In this document: positions 20,592 through 29,650 of the stretch, piece after piece
How the letters are laid out: each line of letters starts with the position of its first letter
Numbering within the stretch: position 1 is the first letter of the stretch
NCBI GenBank assembly: GCA_035501395.1
Contig: DATJWK010000020.1
Coordinates: forward strand, 3,851 to 67,850
Direction of reading: 5' to 3'
Origin: Puia sp.
GTDB taxonomy: Bacteria > Bacteroidota > Bacteroidia > Chitinophagales > Chitinophagaceae
DNA: 64,000 nt
The notes under the pieces: generated by a model
What the model was told of the DNA's origin: nothing
Database searches by the model: none
What the model saw: the letters and a program-made list of their open reading frames with translations, nothing else
Translations under genes and position numbers: made by a program

Positions 20592-20777
20592 CTATTTCTT
20601 GGTCATCGTGTCTTTCTTGGTAGTGTCGGCAGCCATCTTAGCCGTTGTATCGGCAGACATCTTAGCCGTGGTGTCGGCAGACATCTTGGCGGTCGTGTCG
20701 GCAGCCTTAGTGTCAGAGCCAGAGTTGTTACAAGCAGCGAAAGCGGCGATTGCGCATACGAACAAGAACTTTTTCAT
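20592..20777 (-). CDS. Small repeat-containing lipoprotein (61 aa)
   Basis: Lipobox in MKKFLFVCAIAAFAAC; followed by a terminator. Confidence 0.85.
   Translation of the reverse strand: MKKFLFVCAIAAFAACNNSGSDTKAADTTAKMSADTTAKMSADTTAKMAADTTKKDTMTKK
20623..20708 (-). repeat. About 3.5 copies of a 24-bp coding repeat (ADTTAKMS)
   Basis: Units start at 20623, 20647, 20671 and 20695 (last one partial). Confidence 0.9.
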
Positions 20778-20986
20778 TTGAGATTGTTTTTAACGTTAAA
20801 TTGAATGGTTCCGGGCTTAATACGACAGCAATCAAAAAGTAACCCGATAAAATCAATGCTTTTTGCATATTTTTTTTACTAATGTGTATTTATTGGTTCT
20901 TGAGGCATTGAGACCGATCTTTTGAAATTTTTGCCCTTCATTTGGGTTACGAATCATTAATTTGGGTATTAAACAAGGTTATCAGC

Positions 20987-21544
20987 GTGAGGACTGACAC
21001 GACCGAACAACAGTTATTGGAAGGCTTGGCGCTCAACGACAGAAAGGCCATAGAGACCATTTATAAGCGACATTATAGTATGGTGCAAGCGCTGATTCTC
21101 AACAATAGCGGCTACCCGGATGACGCCCGGGACATTTTCCAGGAGGCCATGATCGTACTCTACGAAAAGGTCAAATCCGGTTCCTTCGAATTGAATTGTC
21201 AACTGAAAACCTACCTTTATTCCGTATGCCGTCGCCTTTGGTTAAAGCGCCTCGGGCAGTTGAATCGAACTTTTTCGGAGGTGGAGAATCTGCAGGATAC
21301 GGTACCCGTAGAAGACGAATTGGAGCGCCATGAGCAACGAAACAGGGATTTCCAGGTTATGGAGCTATCGTTAAACAGCCTTGGTGAGCCCTGCAGGAGT
21401 TTACTCAAGGCCTATTACCTGGAAATGAAAAGCATGGTGGAGATTGCGGGCGACTTCGGTTACACCAATGCCGACAATGCAAAGAATCAAAAATATAAGT
21501 GCCTGATGAGGCTTAAAAAAATATTCAATCAGCAGATCAAATAG
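20987..21544 (+). CDS. ECF sigma-70 factor
   Basis: DARDIFQEAMIVLYEK (region 2), TYLYSVCRRLW, region-4 HTH; GTG start assumed. Confidence 0.9.
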   Translation: MRTDTTEQQLLEGLALNDRKAIETIYKRHYSMVQALILNNSGYPDDARDIFQEAMIVLYEKVKSGSFELNCQLKTYLYSVCRRLWLKRLGQLNRTFSEVENLQDTVPVEDELERHEQRNRDFQVMELSLNSLGEPCRSLLKAYYLEMKSMVEIAGDFGYTNADNAKNQKYKCLMRLKKIFNQQIK

Positions 21545-21552
21545 TGTGAAAG

Positions 21553-22653
21553 ATGCAAGATAATAATACGCTTTTGGACGCCGTCGAACGCTATATCCGG
21601 GGGGAAATGCTCCCGGAGGAAAGGCGCTTCTTCGAGCATGTGCGCACCAGCAACCCGGAAGTTGATCAATTGGTGATCGAACATACGTTATTCCTTAAGC
21701 AGTTTACGCAATATGGCGAAATGTCGCGGCTGAAGGCCAAATTACACGATGTTCATGAAGAGTTGTCTGAGACGGGTGAGATCGGCGAAGGACGGCCGGC
21801 GCTCGTGGTGACCCTTTGGAAGAAATATAAGCGGGTGGTTTTTGTCGCCGCATCGATTGCGGGTATCACAGCGTTGTTTATCAGCGTCTTGGTCTCCTTG
21901 CTGTCACCCAAGCTGACAGAGCCTAAGTTCGAACAGTTATACAAGGATATTCGAAATACGAGGAACGATCTTAATAATCTCAAAAATAAGATCAACTCCG
22001 TACAACCTCCCATGGTCCCCTTCAACCGCGGCGGTACAGGTTTTCTGATCGACCCTGCGGGCTATCTGATCACCAATGCCCACGTCGTTAAGAACGCCAC
22101 CGCTGTGGACGTACAAAATACGCTCGGTGAGTACCGCGCCAGGATCATCCAGTTGGATCGCCAGGCGGATTTGGCGCTGCTCAAGATCGACGATACCACC
22201 TATCACGCGTTTAACGGACTGCCCTATGGTATCAGCAAGACGGACGGCGAATTGGGTGAAGAGCTGTTTACGCTCGGGTATCCTCGCCCGGAGATCGTCT
22301 ATAATAAAGGCTATCTTAGCGCGGCGACGGGATTTCAGGGCGACACCACCGCTTTTCAGCTGACCATTGCGGCCAACCCGGGAAACAGCGGTACTCCGGT
22401 TCTGAACAATGAAGGAGAGGTAATTGGCATCGTTACCGGTAGCCAGCAAAATGCGGAAGGGATGGTCTTTGCCGTCCGGTCAAGAAATATCTTCCAGGCG
22501 GTCGATACCATGAAGGCGGACAGCACGCTTCAGAAAAGTGACAGCACGCTGTCCCACCTGAGAATGCCGTTGTCGTCCGCGCTAAAGGGAATGGACCGGC
22601 GTCAGCAGATCAAACGACTGAAAGACTATATTTTTATCGTAAAATCGAATTGA
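21553..22653 (+). CDS. Trypsin-like (S1) serine protease with an anti-sigma-like N-terminus and one TM helix
   Basis: Triad motifs TNAHVV, DLALL, GNSGTP; TM segment VVFVAASIAGITALFISVLVSLL; no PDZ domain. Confidence 0.85.
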   Translation: MQDNNTLLDAVERYIRGEMLPEERRFFEHVRTSNPEVDQLVIEHTLFLKQFTQYGEMSRLKAKLHDVHEELSETGEIGEGRPALVVTLWKKYKRVVFVAASIAGITALFISVLVSLLSPKLTEPKFEQLYKDIRNTRNDLNNLKNKINSVQPPMVPFNRGGTGFLIDPAGYLITNAHVVKNATAVDVQNTLGEYRARIIQLDRQADLALLKIDDTTYHAFNGLPYGISKTDGELGEELFTLGYPRPEIVYNKGYLSAATGFQGDTTAFQLTIAANPGNSGTPVLNNEGEVIGIVTGSQQNAEGMVFAVRSRNIFQAVDTMKADSTLQKSDSTLSHLRMPLSSALKGMDRRQQIKRLKDYIFIVKSN

Positions 22654-22694
22654 GAAAGACCCGCCACTTTCGCATCCTTCGGTTGGGCGGGATT

Positions 22695-23594
22695 TTATTT
22701 CCAGAGTCGTTGCGGATATTCCCCCTTATTGATCAACGCATTCAGGCTGGCCTGCACGCCCGGGGCATCTTCCTTATAGGTCACGCCAAACCACTGTGCG
22801 GAAGTTGGGATCACGCGGATATTGCCTTTTCCCTCCTTGATTAGCTTGTCACCGATGATCGGAATAAAGAACTCAGCCTTTGGATCGGTGCCCCGTTCCT
22901 TTAGAAATTCCCTGAAGATCTTTTCGGTATAAGTAAAGACAGACGGGTCAAACCCCCAGAAATTCATCGACACTTTTGAGTCAAAAGGAACATCGAACTT
23001 CTTACCATCTTCTTCATAGGTGATCCGCTCGCCGTCCTGGTATATCTTGGTCCGTTCAGCGATCGACACCAGGTTGCCCGACGCATCGACCACGCAAACG
23101 CCCCGGCTGACGGTTCCATTTTCGGACAGCGTTTTTTTCAACTCGTACCCGATGATACAATACAGTGAAGGGCGAACGTTGCTCGTGAGAAATTTAAAAG
23201 CCTTCTCAAACGCATCCCTTCCATAAAAGTCATCGGCGTTGATGACCGCAAACGGCTCGCGGATCGCGTCTTTGGCGCAAAGCACTGCATGCGCGGTCCC
23301 CCATGGCTTCGTCCGGTCGGCAGGAACGGCAAAGCCGCCGGTGTATGAATGCAGATCCTGGTACACATAGTCGGTCGCTATCTTGCCGTTCAGCTTTGGT
23401 TCGAAGATGTTTTTAAAGTCTTCGGCAAAGTCCTTACGAATAATGAAAACTACTTTTTTGAACCCCGCGCGGATCGCGTCGAAGATCGAGTAGTCCATGA
23501 TCGTCTCGCCGCCCGGGCCAAAGCCTTGAATCTGTTTCATACTTCCATATCGGGAGGCCATTCCTGCAGCCAGGATCAGAAGGGTTGGTTGCAT
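22695..23594 (-). CDS. Sugar-phosphate nucleotidyltransferase family protein
   Basis: LILAAGMASRYGSMKQ, KPWGTAHA, VINADDFYG, SMNFWGF, WFGVTY. Confidence 0.9.
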   Translation of the reverse strand: MQPTLLILAAGMASRYGSMKQIQGFGPGGETIMDYSIFDAIRAGFKKVVFIIRKDFAEDFKNIFEPKLNGKIATDYVYQDLHSYTGGFAVPADRTKPWGTAHAVLCAKDAIREPFAVINADDFYGRDAFEKAFKFLTSNVRPSLYCIIGYELKKTLSENGTVSRGVCVVDASGNLVSIAERTKIYQDGERITYEEDGKKFDVPFDSKVSMNFWGFDPSVFTYTEKIFREFLKERGTDPKAEFFIPIIGDKLIKEGKGNIRVIPTSAQWFGVTYKEDAPGVQASLNALINKGEYPQRLWK

Positions 23595-23639
23595 TATCGT
23601 AATTTTAATTTTTTCAGGACACGAAAATAAAACAATTTG

Positions 23640-24491
23640 ATGACGCAACCGCCAGATGGTATTTCCCTGTTGCAGCCGATCGAATTCCCCGAGTCGCTCG
23701 GGCTCGGAATTCATATCGACGTGTTGCGTCTTGACCGTCTGCATCCGATCGTCTCCGGAAACAAATGGTTTAAGTTAAAGGGTCATCTCGACCAGGCGGT
23801 TCTGTCGTCTTCCGATACGATCGTCACGTTTGGCGGCGCATGGTCCAATCACCTCGTCGCAACGGCCTACGCCGCCGGCGAGGCCGGACTGCGCGCGATC
23901 GGGATCGTTCGGGGCGAACGGCCTGCCGTCTTGTCTCCTACCCTGACCGATGCGTTACGGCACGGGATGACGCTTGAATTCATCTCCCGCCATCAGTATG
24001 CCAAAAAAGAGATTGCCCTTTTTTCCCAACGTTATCCCGGCGCATATATCATCCCGGAAGGAGGGGCGGGGCCGCCTGGCGCCCGGGGCAGCGGGGAAAT
24101 CCTGCGGATGATCGACAGCACGGAGTATAGCCATATTTTATGTGCGGTAGGCACCGGAACGATGTTCGAGGGCCTGGTCCACGCTGTCCGGCCTGGACAG
24201 GTTGTCATTGGTGTCCCGGCGCTCAAAGGATTCGAACCGCGGGATAATTGGTGGACGGACTATCATTTCGGGGGTTACGCCAGACATCCGCCGGAACTGC
24301 TGGTCTTTATGAATGAATTCTATCGGGAAACGGGTGTGCCGACGGATATTGTTTATACGGGGAAATTGATGTATGCGCTGCGCGATGGCTTGCGAAAGGA
24401 ATGTTTTAGGCCTGCGGCTCGCCTGCTGGTGATCCACAGCGGCGGTTTGCAGGGCAACCGGTCTTTGCCACCGGGGACGTTATTATTTTAG
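23640..24491 (+). CDS. ACC deaminase / D-cysteine desulfhydrase family PLP enzyme
   Basis: SGNKWFKL, TFGGAWSNH, IPEGG, GTGT, VYTGK, IHSGGLQG. Confidence 0.85.
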   Translation: MTQPPDGISLLQPIEFPESLGLGIHIDVLRLDRLHPIVSGNKWFKLKGHLDQAVLSSSDTIVTFGGAWSNHLVATAYAAGEAGLRAIGIVRGERPAVLSPTLTDALRHGMTLEFISRHQYAKKEIALFSQRYPGAYIIPEGGAGPPGARGSGEILRMIDSTEYSHILCAVGTGTMFEGLVHAVRPGQVVIGVPALKGFEPRDNWWTDYHFGGYARHPPELLVFMNEFYRETGVPTDIVYTGKLMYALRDGLRKECFRPAARLLVIHSGGLQGNRSLPPGTLLF

Positions 24492-24567
24492 GCCCGGAAT
24501 TTGGTTCAATTTTAGCGCAATTTCTAATGCCAGTAAAACATCTTTTTAATAGCTTCGTTTAACACCT

Positions 24568-25494
24568 ATGCAGCGCAACTTTGGAATCTTGTTGGTCTGC
24601 CTTCTCGCTTCAGTAAGCCTAAAAGGGCAGGACACGCTTCCCCGGTTCACTGTCACCGCCCGTGGCCCGGGGAAAATACTCATCAGTTGGCACAACAGGT
24701 ACCCGGTCGTTACCCAGATCAGTATCCAGCGCTCCAGTGACAGTCTTAGAGATTTTACAACGCTTCTAACGGTACCCGATCCTACACTTCCGGAAAATGG
24801 GGCCGTCGACAGCAAGGCCCCCCACCCCAATTTCTTTTACCGGCTTTTTGTCGTCTTCAACAATGGACAGTATCTTTTCACCGGTTCGCACCGGCCACAG
24901 TCCAATCCGGTCGAGAGCGAAGTCGTTGTTCGGGAAGACAAGGCCGCGGAGAAGGTGCTGGCAAAGGCGGTGGAGCCGCGGATTGTATTTGTCGACCCCG
25001 GCGGGGCGCGCAAACCCGCTTCGATTAAAAATCCGGTCGCCGCGCGCGGGAGTGTTCCTATTTCGGATATGGCATTTACGAGCATCTATGTTCGCCGGGG
25101 AGACAAGGTGATCGGCCAGATCTCCAGCCGCCAGATCCAGTCTTTCCGAGACTCGGTTCTCAACCGAACCCGGGATACGCTTGTATTCATCGATGGCGAT
25201 ACGCTGATGATCAAACCGTTTGTTGCGCCGGAGGTTTATAAGGTTTCAACGTATGTATATACCGGTCGATATGGCAATATTCACGTGTCCTTGCCGGAGG
25301 CCGCCAGGAGGCACTATTCGGTGCGATTCTTTGACGAGAGTAACAGGCTGCTCTTCGAATTGGCGGATATTAAGGATCCGGCGCTTATCCTGGATAAAAC
25401 CAATTTCCATCACGCCGGCTGGTTCCGGTTTGAATTGTATGACGGAGATCAATTGAAGGAAAAAAATAAGCTGTTTATTCCAAAGGATTTTTAA
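24568..25494 (+). CDS. Hypothetical secreted protein (N-terminal Fn3-like beta domain)
   Basis: Signal peptide; ILISW..ISIQRS..FFYRL pattern. Confidence 0.7.
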   Translation: MQRNFGILLVCLLASVSLKGQDTLPRFTVTARGPGKILISWHNRYPVVTQISIQRSSDSLRDFTTLLTVPDPTLPENGAVDSKAPHPNFFYRLFVVFNNGQYLFTGSHRPQSNPVESEVVVREDKAAEKVLAKAVEPRIVFVDPGGARKPASIKNPVAARGSVPISDMAFTSIYVRRGDKVIGQISSRQIQSFRDSVLNRTRDTLVFIDGDTLMIKPFVAPEVYKVSTYVYTGRYGNIHVSLPEAARRHYSVRFFDESNRLLFELADIKDPALILDKTNFHHAGWFRFELYDGDQLKEKNKLFIPKDF

Positions 25495-25507
25495 TGAGGG
25501 GACGCCG

Positions 25508-26209
25508 TCAGGCGCCGGTTACCTCGCAGTTGAATACTTCGGCAAAGGCGGAGCGCAAGACAGATTTAACCTCCCCTATTTCCACCTGTCTGCCCAGTTC
25601 CCTTTCCAGTGACGTAACCTGTTTCTGCGGGATGCCACAGGGGACGATATCGCCGAACCAGGACAGATCCGTATTGACATTTAGTGCAAAACCATGCATG
25701 GTGATCCACCGGCTGCAGCGGACGCCGATCGCACAGATCTTACGCTCCAGACCTTTTACGCCCGGGTCGATCCAGACCCCGGTTTCCCCTTTCGACCGAT
25801 CCCCCTTGAGCCCATAGGCGGCGAGCACGCGAATGTTCACTTCTTCGAGATTCCGCAGGTAGAGCCCGATATCGGTAAAAAATTCCTCCAGGTCGAGGAT
25901 GGGGTACCCCACCAATTGTCCCGGACCGTGAAAGGTGATATCGCCGCCGCGATTAGTGCGGAATAGCTGGGCGCCCTTCTCGCGCATGCGTGCTTCCCCG
26001 ATCAGCACGTTTTCCTCGTGGCCGCTTTTACCCAGTGTATAGACAGGGGGATGCTCGACAAATAGCAGGTGATGGATCGTGCGTTCGTGTCCCGTCCCTT
26101 CACGGGCAGCCGCCTTGATCTGAAGATTTTGTTGCAGTAACTTCTCCTGGTAGCCCCACGCCTGTTGATATTCCATCCGGCCCAGATCTTCAAATACTAC
26201 CTTTCGCAT
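25508..26209 (-). CDS. lipB: Lipoyl(octanoyl) transferase
   Basis: EHPPVYTLGK, RGGDITFHGPGQLVGYPI, KICAIG, HGFALN, IVPCG. Confidence 0.95.
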   Translation of the reverse strand: MRKVVFEDLGRMEYQQAWGYQEKLLQQNLQIKAAAREGTGHERTIHHLLFVEHPPVYTLGKSGHEENVLIGEARMREKGAQLFRTNRGGDITFHGPGQLVGYPILDLEEFFTDIGLYLRNLEEVNIRVLAAYGLKGDRSKGETGVWIDPGVKGLERKICAIGVRCSRWITMHGFALNVNTDLSWFGDIVPCGIPQKQVTSLERELGRQVEIGEVKSVLRSAFAEVFNCEVTGA

Positions 26210-26215
26210 AAGGCG

Positions 26216-26232
26216 CAAAGGTAATAACTTTG
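26216..26232. promoter_or_regulatory. Back-to-back divergent -7 boxes: TACCTTTG on minus (26216-26223) and TAACTTTG on plus (26225-26232)
   Basis: Both exact TAnnTTTG matches inside a 28-nt gap between the lipB and rluD start codons. Confidence 0.75.
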
Positions 26233-26237
26233 CAAAT

Positions 26238-27272
26238 ATGGAGACAATGTACGATGGGTCGGAGGAGCTTTATGAGCGGCTCAACCTGAAGGTAGACAGA
26301 GGGCAGGAGCCGGTGCGTATCGATAAGTTCCTGGTCCGGCGGATCGAAAGCGTGTCCCGCAACAAGATCCAGAAGGCACTGGAGGCGGGAATGGTGCTCG
26401 TCAACAACAAGCAGGTCCAGCCCAACTACAAGATACGGCCGCTTGATGAGATCGTGCTGTATTCCGACAAGGAGGCGCACGGAGAAGAGATCGTACCCGA
26501 GGAACTTCCGCTAAACATCCGGTATGAAGATGAGGAGGTGATGATCATCAACAAACCGCCCGGGATGGTTGTCCATCCGGCCAGCGGCAACTATACCGGG
26601 ACCCTGATCAATGGGATCGCCTGGTATCTGCAGCAAAAAAATGCAGCGATCAACGAACAAACCTTGCCGCGTTTTGGTCTTGTTCACCGGATCGACAAGA
26701 ATACAAGCGGGCTGATGGTCCTTGCCAAAACGGAGCGGGCCGTCCGCAGCCTGGCCAGGCAATTTTTCGATCATACGGTCCGTCGACAGTATATGGCCCT
26801 GGTTTGGGGCGACCTCACGGAGGATACAGGAACGATCGTGGCGCACGTGGGAAGACACCGGCGTTTTCGCAAGCTGTTTGACGCTTATCCCGAAGGGGAG
26901 CACGGGAAAGAGGCCATCACACATTATAAGGTCCTGGAGCGGTTTGGCTATGTTACGCTGGTCCAGTGTGTGCTGGAGACGGGGCGGACCCACCAGATCC
27001 GTGTCCACATGCAGCATATCGGACATCCCCTGTTCAACGACGACACCTATGGCGGAGATAAGATCGTAAAGGGAACGGTATTTTCCAGGTACCGGCAATT
27101 TGTGGACAATTGTTTTGAGATCTGTCCGAGGCAAGCGCTGCATGCGAAGACTATCGGCTTTATCCACCCGGCAACGGGAGAGGATGTGCTGTTTGAAAGC
27201 GAGCTGCCGGAGGATATGCAACAGCTGATCCGGAAATGGCGGTCTTATACAAACGGGAACATGCTCCGTTAA
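26238..27272 (+). CDS. rluD: RluA/RluD family 23S rRNA pseudouridine synthase
   Basis: S4-like N-terminus, NKPPGMVVHP, HRIDKNTSGL, ETGRTHQIRVH. Confidence 0.9.
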   Translation: METMYDGSEELYERLNLKVDRGQEPVRIDKFLVRRIESVSRNKIQKALEAGMVLVNNKQVQPNYKIRPLDEIVLYSDKEAHGEEIVPEELPLNIRYEDEEVMIINKPPGMVVHPASGNYTGTLINGIAWYLQQKNAAINEQTLPRFGLVHRIDKNTSGLMVLAKTERAVRSLARQFFDHTVRRQYMALVWGDLTEDTGTIVAHVGRHRRFRKLFDAYPEGEHGKEAITHYKVLERFGYVTLVQCVLETGRTHQIRVHMQHIGHPLFNDDTYGGDKIVKGTVFSRYRQFVDNCFEICPRQALHAKTIGFIHPATGEDVLFESELPEDMQQLIRKWRSYTNGNMLR

Positions 27273-27283
27273 AATTCAGGGTT

Positions 27284-27556
27284 ATGCCAACAGTTAAATT
27301 CACATATGCGCTTCGAAGGTTCTTTCCCGGGCTGAAAGATACGCCGGCCAGGGCAACAAGCCTTGCGGCTGTGCTCGCTGAGCTGGAGGACCGCTATCCC
27401 GGAGTAAGAAGTTATATTCTCGACGAACAGGGGCAGCTTCGGCGTCATGTCAATATCTTTATAGACGGGGTCGTGATCAGTGACCGGAATAAACTGAGCG
27501 ATCCGTTTGGAGAAAATAGCGAAATTTATATCATGCAGGCGCTTTCGGGCGGATAA
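27284..27556 (+). CDS. MoaD/ThiS-like ubiquitin-fold protein ending in a free Gly-Gly
   Basis: 90 aa, RHVNIFIDG, C-terminus IMQALSGG*. Confidence 0.9.
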   Translation: MPTVKFTYALRRFFPGLKDTPARATSLAAVLAELEDRYPGVRSYILDEQGQLRRHVNIFIDGVVISDRNKLSDPFGENSEIYIMQALSGG

Positions 27557-27572
27557 CCATTTCAAAAGATTT

Positions 27573-28652
27573 ATGCAACCGACGCTTCTATTAGGAACAA
27601 GAAAAGGCCTTATCGCCTATCATGCGAACGGCAGGGGCTGGAAGATGGAAAATCTTTCCTTCGAGGGACAGCCGGTATCCATTGCGTATTCCGATCCCAG
27701 GAATCAAACCTGGTGGGCATGCCTCGATCATGGCCACTGGGGCGTTAAATTACATCGGTCTGCCGACCGGGGAAGGACCTGGGAGGAAGTGCCGGCTCCG
27801 GCATATCCGGAAGGAGAAGAGGTCAAGGACGGCGTCCCTGCCGCTACCCGATATATCTGGTCCATGTCGCAAGGTGGCCGGGAGCTGTCGAAACTCTGGA
27901 TCGGTACCGATCCGGGCGGACTTTTTCTTAGCAACGACGGCGGAGCCAGCTTTCGCCTTGTCGAATCGCTGTGGCAGCATCCTACCCGCAAGACCGGCTG
28001 GTTCGGCGGGGGCAGGGATCAGCCTGGAATTCATTCTATCGTCATCGATCCACGCAACGACGATCACCTCTACGTGGGGATCAGCTGTGCAGGCGTATTT
28101 GAAACGACGGATGGTGGTCGCCATTGGTCTATCCGGAACAAAGGGCTGAAAGCTGAATTCTTGCCAAACCCCGATACAGAAGTGGGATATGATCCGCATA
28201 TCCTTGTCGCCGCTCCCACGAATCCCGAAATCCTCTGGCAACAAAATCATTGCGGTATTTTCCGGTCCGCCGACGGCGGTTTGAGCTGGCAAGACGTCAG
28301 CCAGCCGAATGGCCCGGCCCGGTTTGGATTCGCCATTGCCGTCGCCGATGACAACCCCGACCAGGCCTGGGTTGCTCCCGCAGACAGCGATGTCACCCGA
28401 ACAGCCATCAAAGGAGCACTTTGTATCTGTCGCACCGACGACGGTGGAAAGAATTGGAAGGAGTACCGAACGGGGTTGCCGCAAAAGGATTGCTTCGACA
28501 TCGTCTATCGTCATGCACTGGCTTGTTCCGGAAATGGTGTTGCGTTTGGGACGACGACAGGGAATCTCTTCTTTTCACCGGACAGAGGGGAAAACTGGCA
28601 GGCAATCAACAACTACCTGCCCATGGTTTATTCGGTTCAATTCACGAATTAG
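27573..28652 (+). CDS. Cytoplasmic Asp-box (BNR) beta-propeller protein
   Basis: Six Asp-boxes (SADRGRTW, SNDGGASF, TTDGGRHW, SADGGLSW, TDDGGKNW, SPDRGENW); no signal peptide. Confidence 0.88.
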   Translation: MQPTLLLGTRKGLIAYHANGRGWKMENLSFEGQPVSIAYSDPRNQTWWACLDHGHWGVKLHRSADRGRTWEEVPAPAYPEGEEVKDGVPAATRYIWSMSQGGRELSKLWIGTDPGGLFLSNDGGASFRLVESLWQHPTRKTGWFGGGRDQPGIHSIVIDPRNDDHLYVGISCAGVFETTDGGRHWSIRNKGLKAEFLPNPDTEVGYDPHILVAAPTNPEILWQQNHCGIFRSADGGLSWQDVSQPNGPARFGFAIAVADDNPDQAWVAPADSDVTRTAIKGALCICRTDDGGKNWKEYRTGLPQKDCFDIVYRHALACSGNGVAFGTTTGNLFFSPDRGENWQAINNYLPMVYSVQFTN

Positions 28653-29227
28653 CGCGGGAAACTCATTTTATAGTCGACGCTGATCTTTCCTTTGGTGATA
28701 TCGTCCAGCTTGCTCTTTAAAAGCTTCCTTTTCAGCGGTTTCAGATAATCTATAAACAGTTTCCCTTCGATATGATCGTATTCGTGCAGGATGATGCGGG
28801 CGGTAATACCATTGTATGTTTGGGTGTGCGGTTCGAAATTCTCATCGACAAAGCTCAGCGTCACTTCTTCGTGCCGGATAATGTCTTCTCGGATCTTCGG
28901 GATGCTCAGACAGCCTTCATTATAGGACCATTCTTCGCCGTTGAGGCCGGTCACGTGGGCGTTGATAAAGACTTGCTTTGTGCCGGGGCCGTCCGGATAC
29001 TTATCCCGTTCATTTTCTTCGAGGTTGTCAAAGACCTGGTGGGAATCGATGACAAAAAGCCGGATGTCCCGGTTGACCTGCGGCGCTGCCAGCCCTACTC
29101 CGTTGCTCGAGTACATCGTGTCCCACATATCTTCGATCAATTTGGCCAGTTCGGGGTAACCGGGAGTTATGTCTTTTGCTACTTGCCGTAGCACCGGTGT
29201 GCCATAGGCCACAATGGGTAAAATCAT
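28649..29227 (-). CDS. def: Peptide deformylase
   Basis: GVGLAAPQ, EGCLS, HEYDH. Confidence 0.97.
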   Translation of the reverse strand: MILPIVAYGTPVLRQVAKDITPGYPELAKLIEDMWDTMYSSNGVGLAAPQVNRDIRLFVIDSHQVFDNLEENERDKYPDGPGTKQVFINAHVTGLNGEEWSYNEGCLSIPKIREDIIRHEEVTLSFVDENFEPHTQTYNGITARIILHEYDHIEGKLFIDYLKPLKRKLLKSKLDDITKGKISVDYKMSFPR

Positions 29228-29234
29228 ATTCGTC

Positions 29235-29648
29235 TTATTTTGACCTTTCTAAATATTCCTGTAATAGTATTGTTGCGGCTATCTCGTCGACAAGCGCCTT
29301 ATTTTGGCGCTGTTTTTTTTTCATTCCCATATCGATCATCGCGCGGCTCGCCATTTTTGACGTGAACCGCTCATCCACCGGTTTTAGCGGCAGGGCGGGA
29401 AATTCGCGTTGCAGCTGTATAATAATATCGCGGACCAGGGGTGTTGCGTGGGTGTCGCTGTCGTCCCAATTCTTCGGTTCCCCGATCAGTATCAGTTCAA
29501 CCGGTTCTTTTTTGATGTAGTCCTTCAGAAAAGGGACCAGCTTCGGGGATTCAATGGTGGTCAATCCCGTTGCAATGATCTGCAGGGGGTCGGTTACCGC
29601 GATGCCGGTACGTTTGAGGCCGTAATCTATTGCGAGGATACGTGCCAT
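29235..29648 (-). CDS. ruvX: Holliday junction resolvase-like RuvX/YqgF
   Basis: ILAIDYGLKRTGIA, DERFTS, VDEIAA. Confidence 0.95.
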   Translation of the reverse strand: MARILAIDYGLKRTGIAVTDPLQIIATGLTTIESPKLVPFLKDYIKKEPVELILIGEPKNWDDSDTHATPLVRDIIIQLQREFPALPLKPVDERFTSKMASRAMIDMGMKKKQRQNKALVDEIAATILLQEYLERSK

Positions 29649-29650
29649 AG

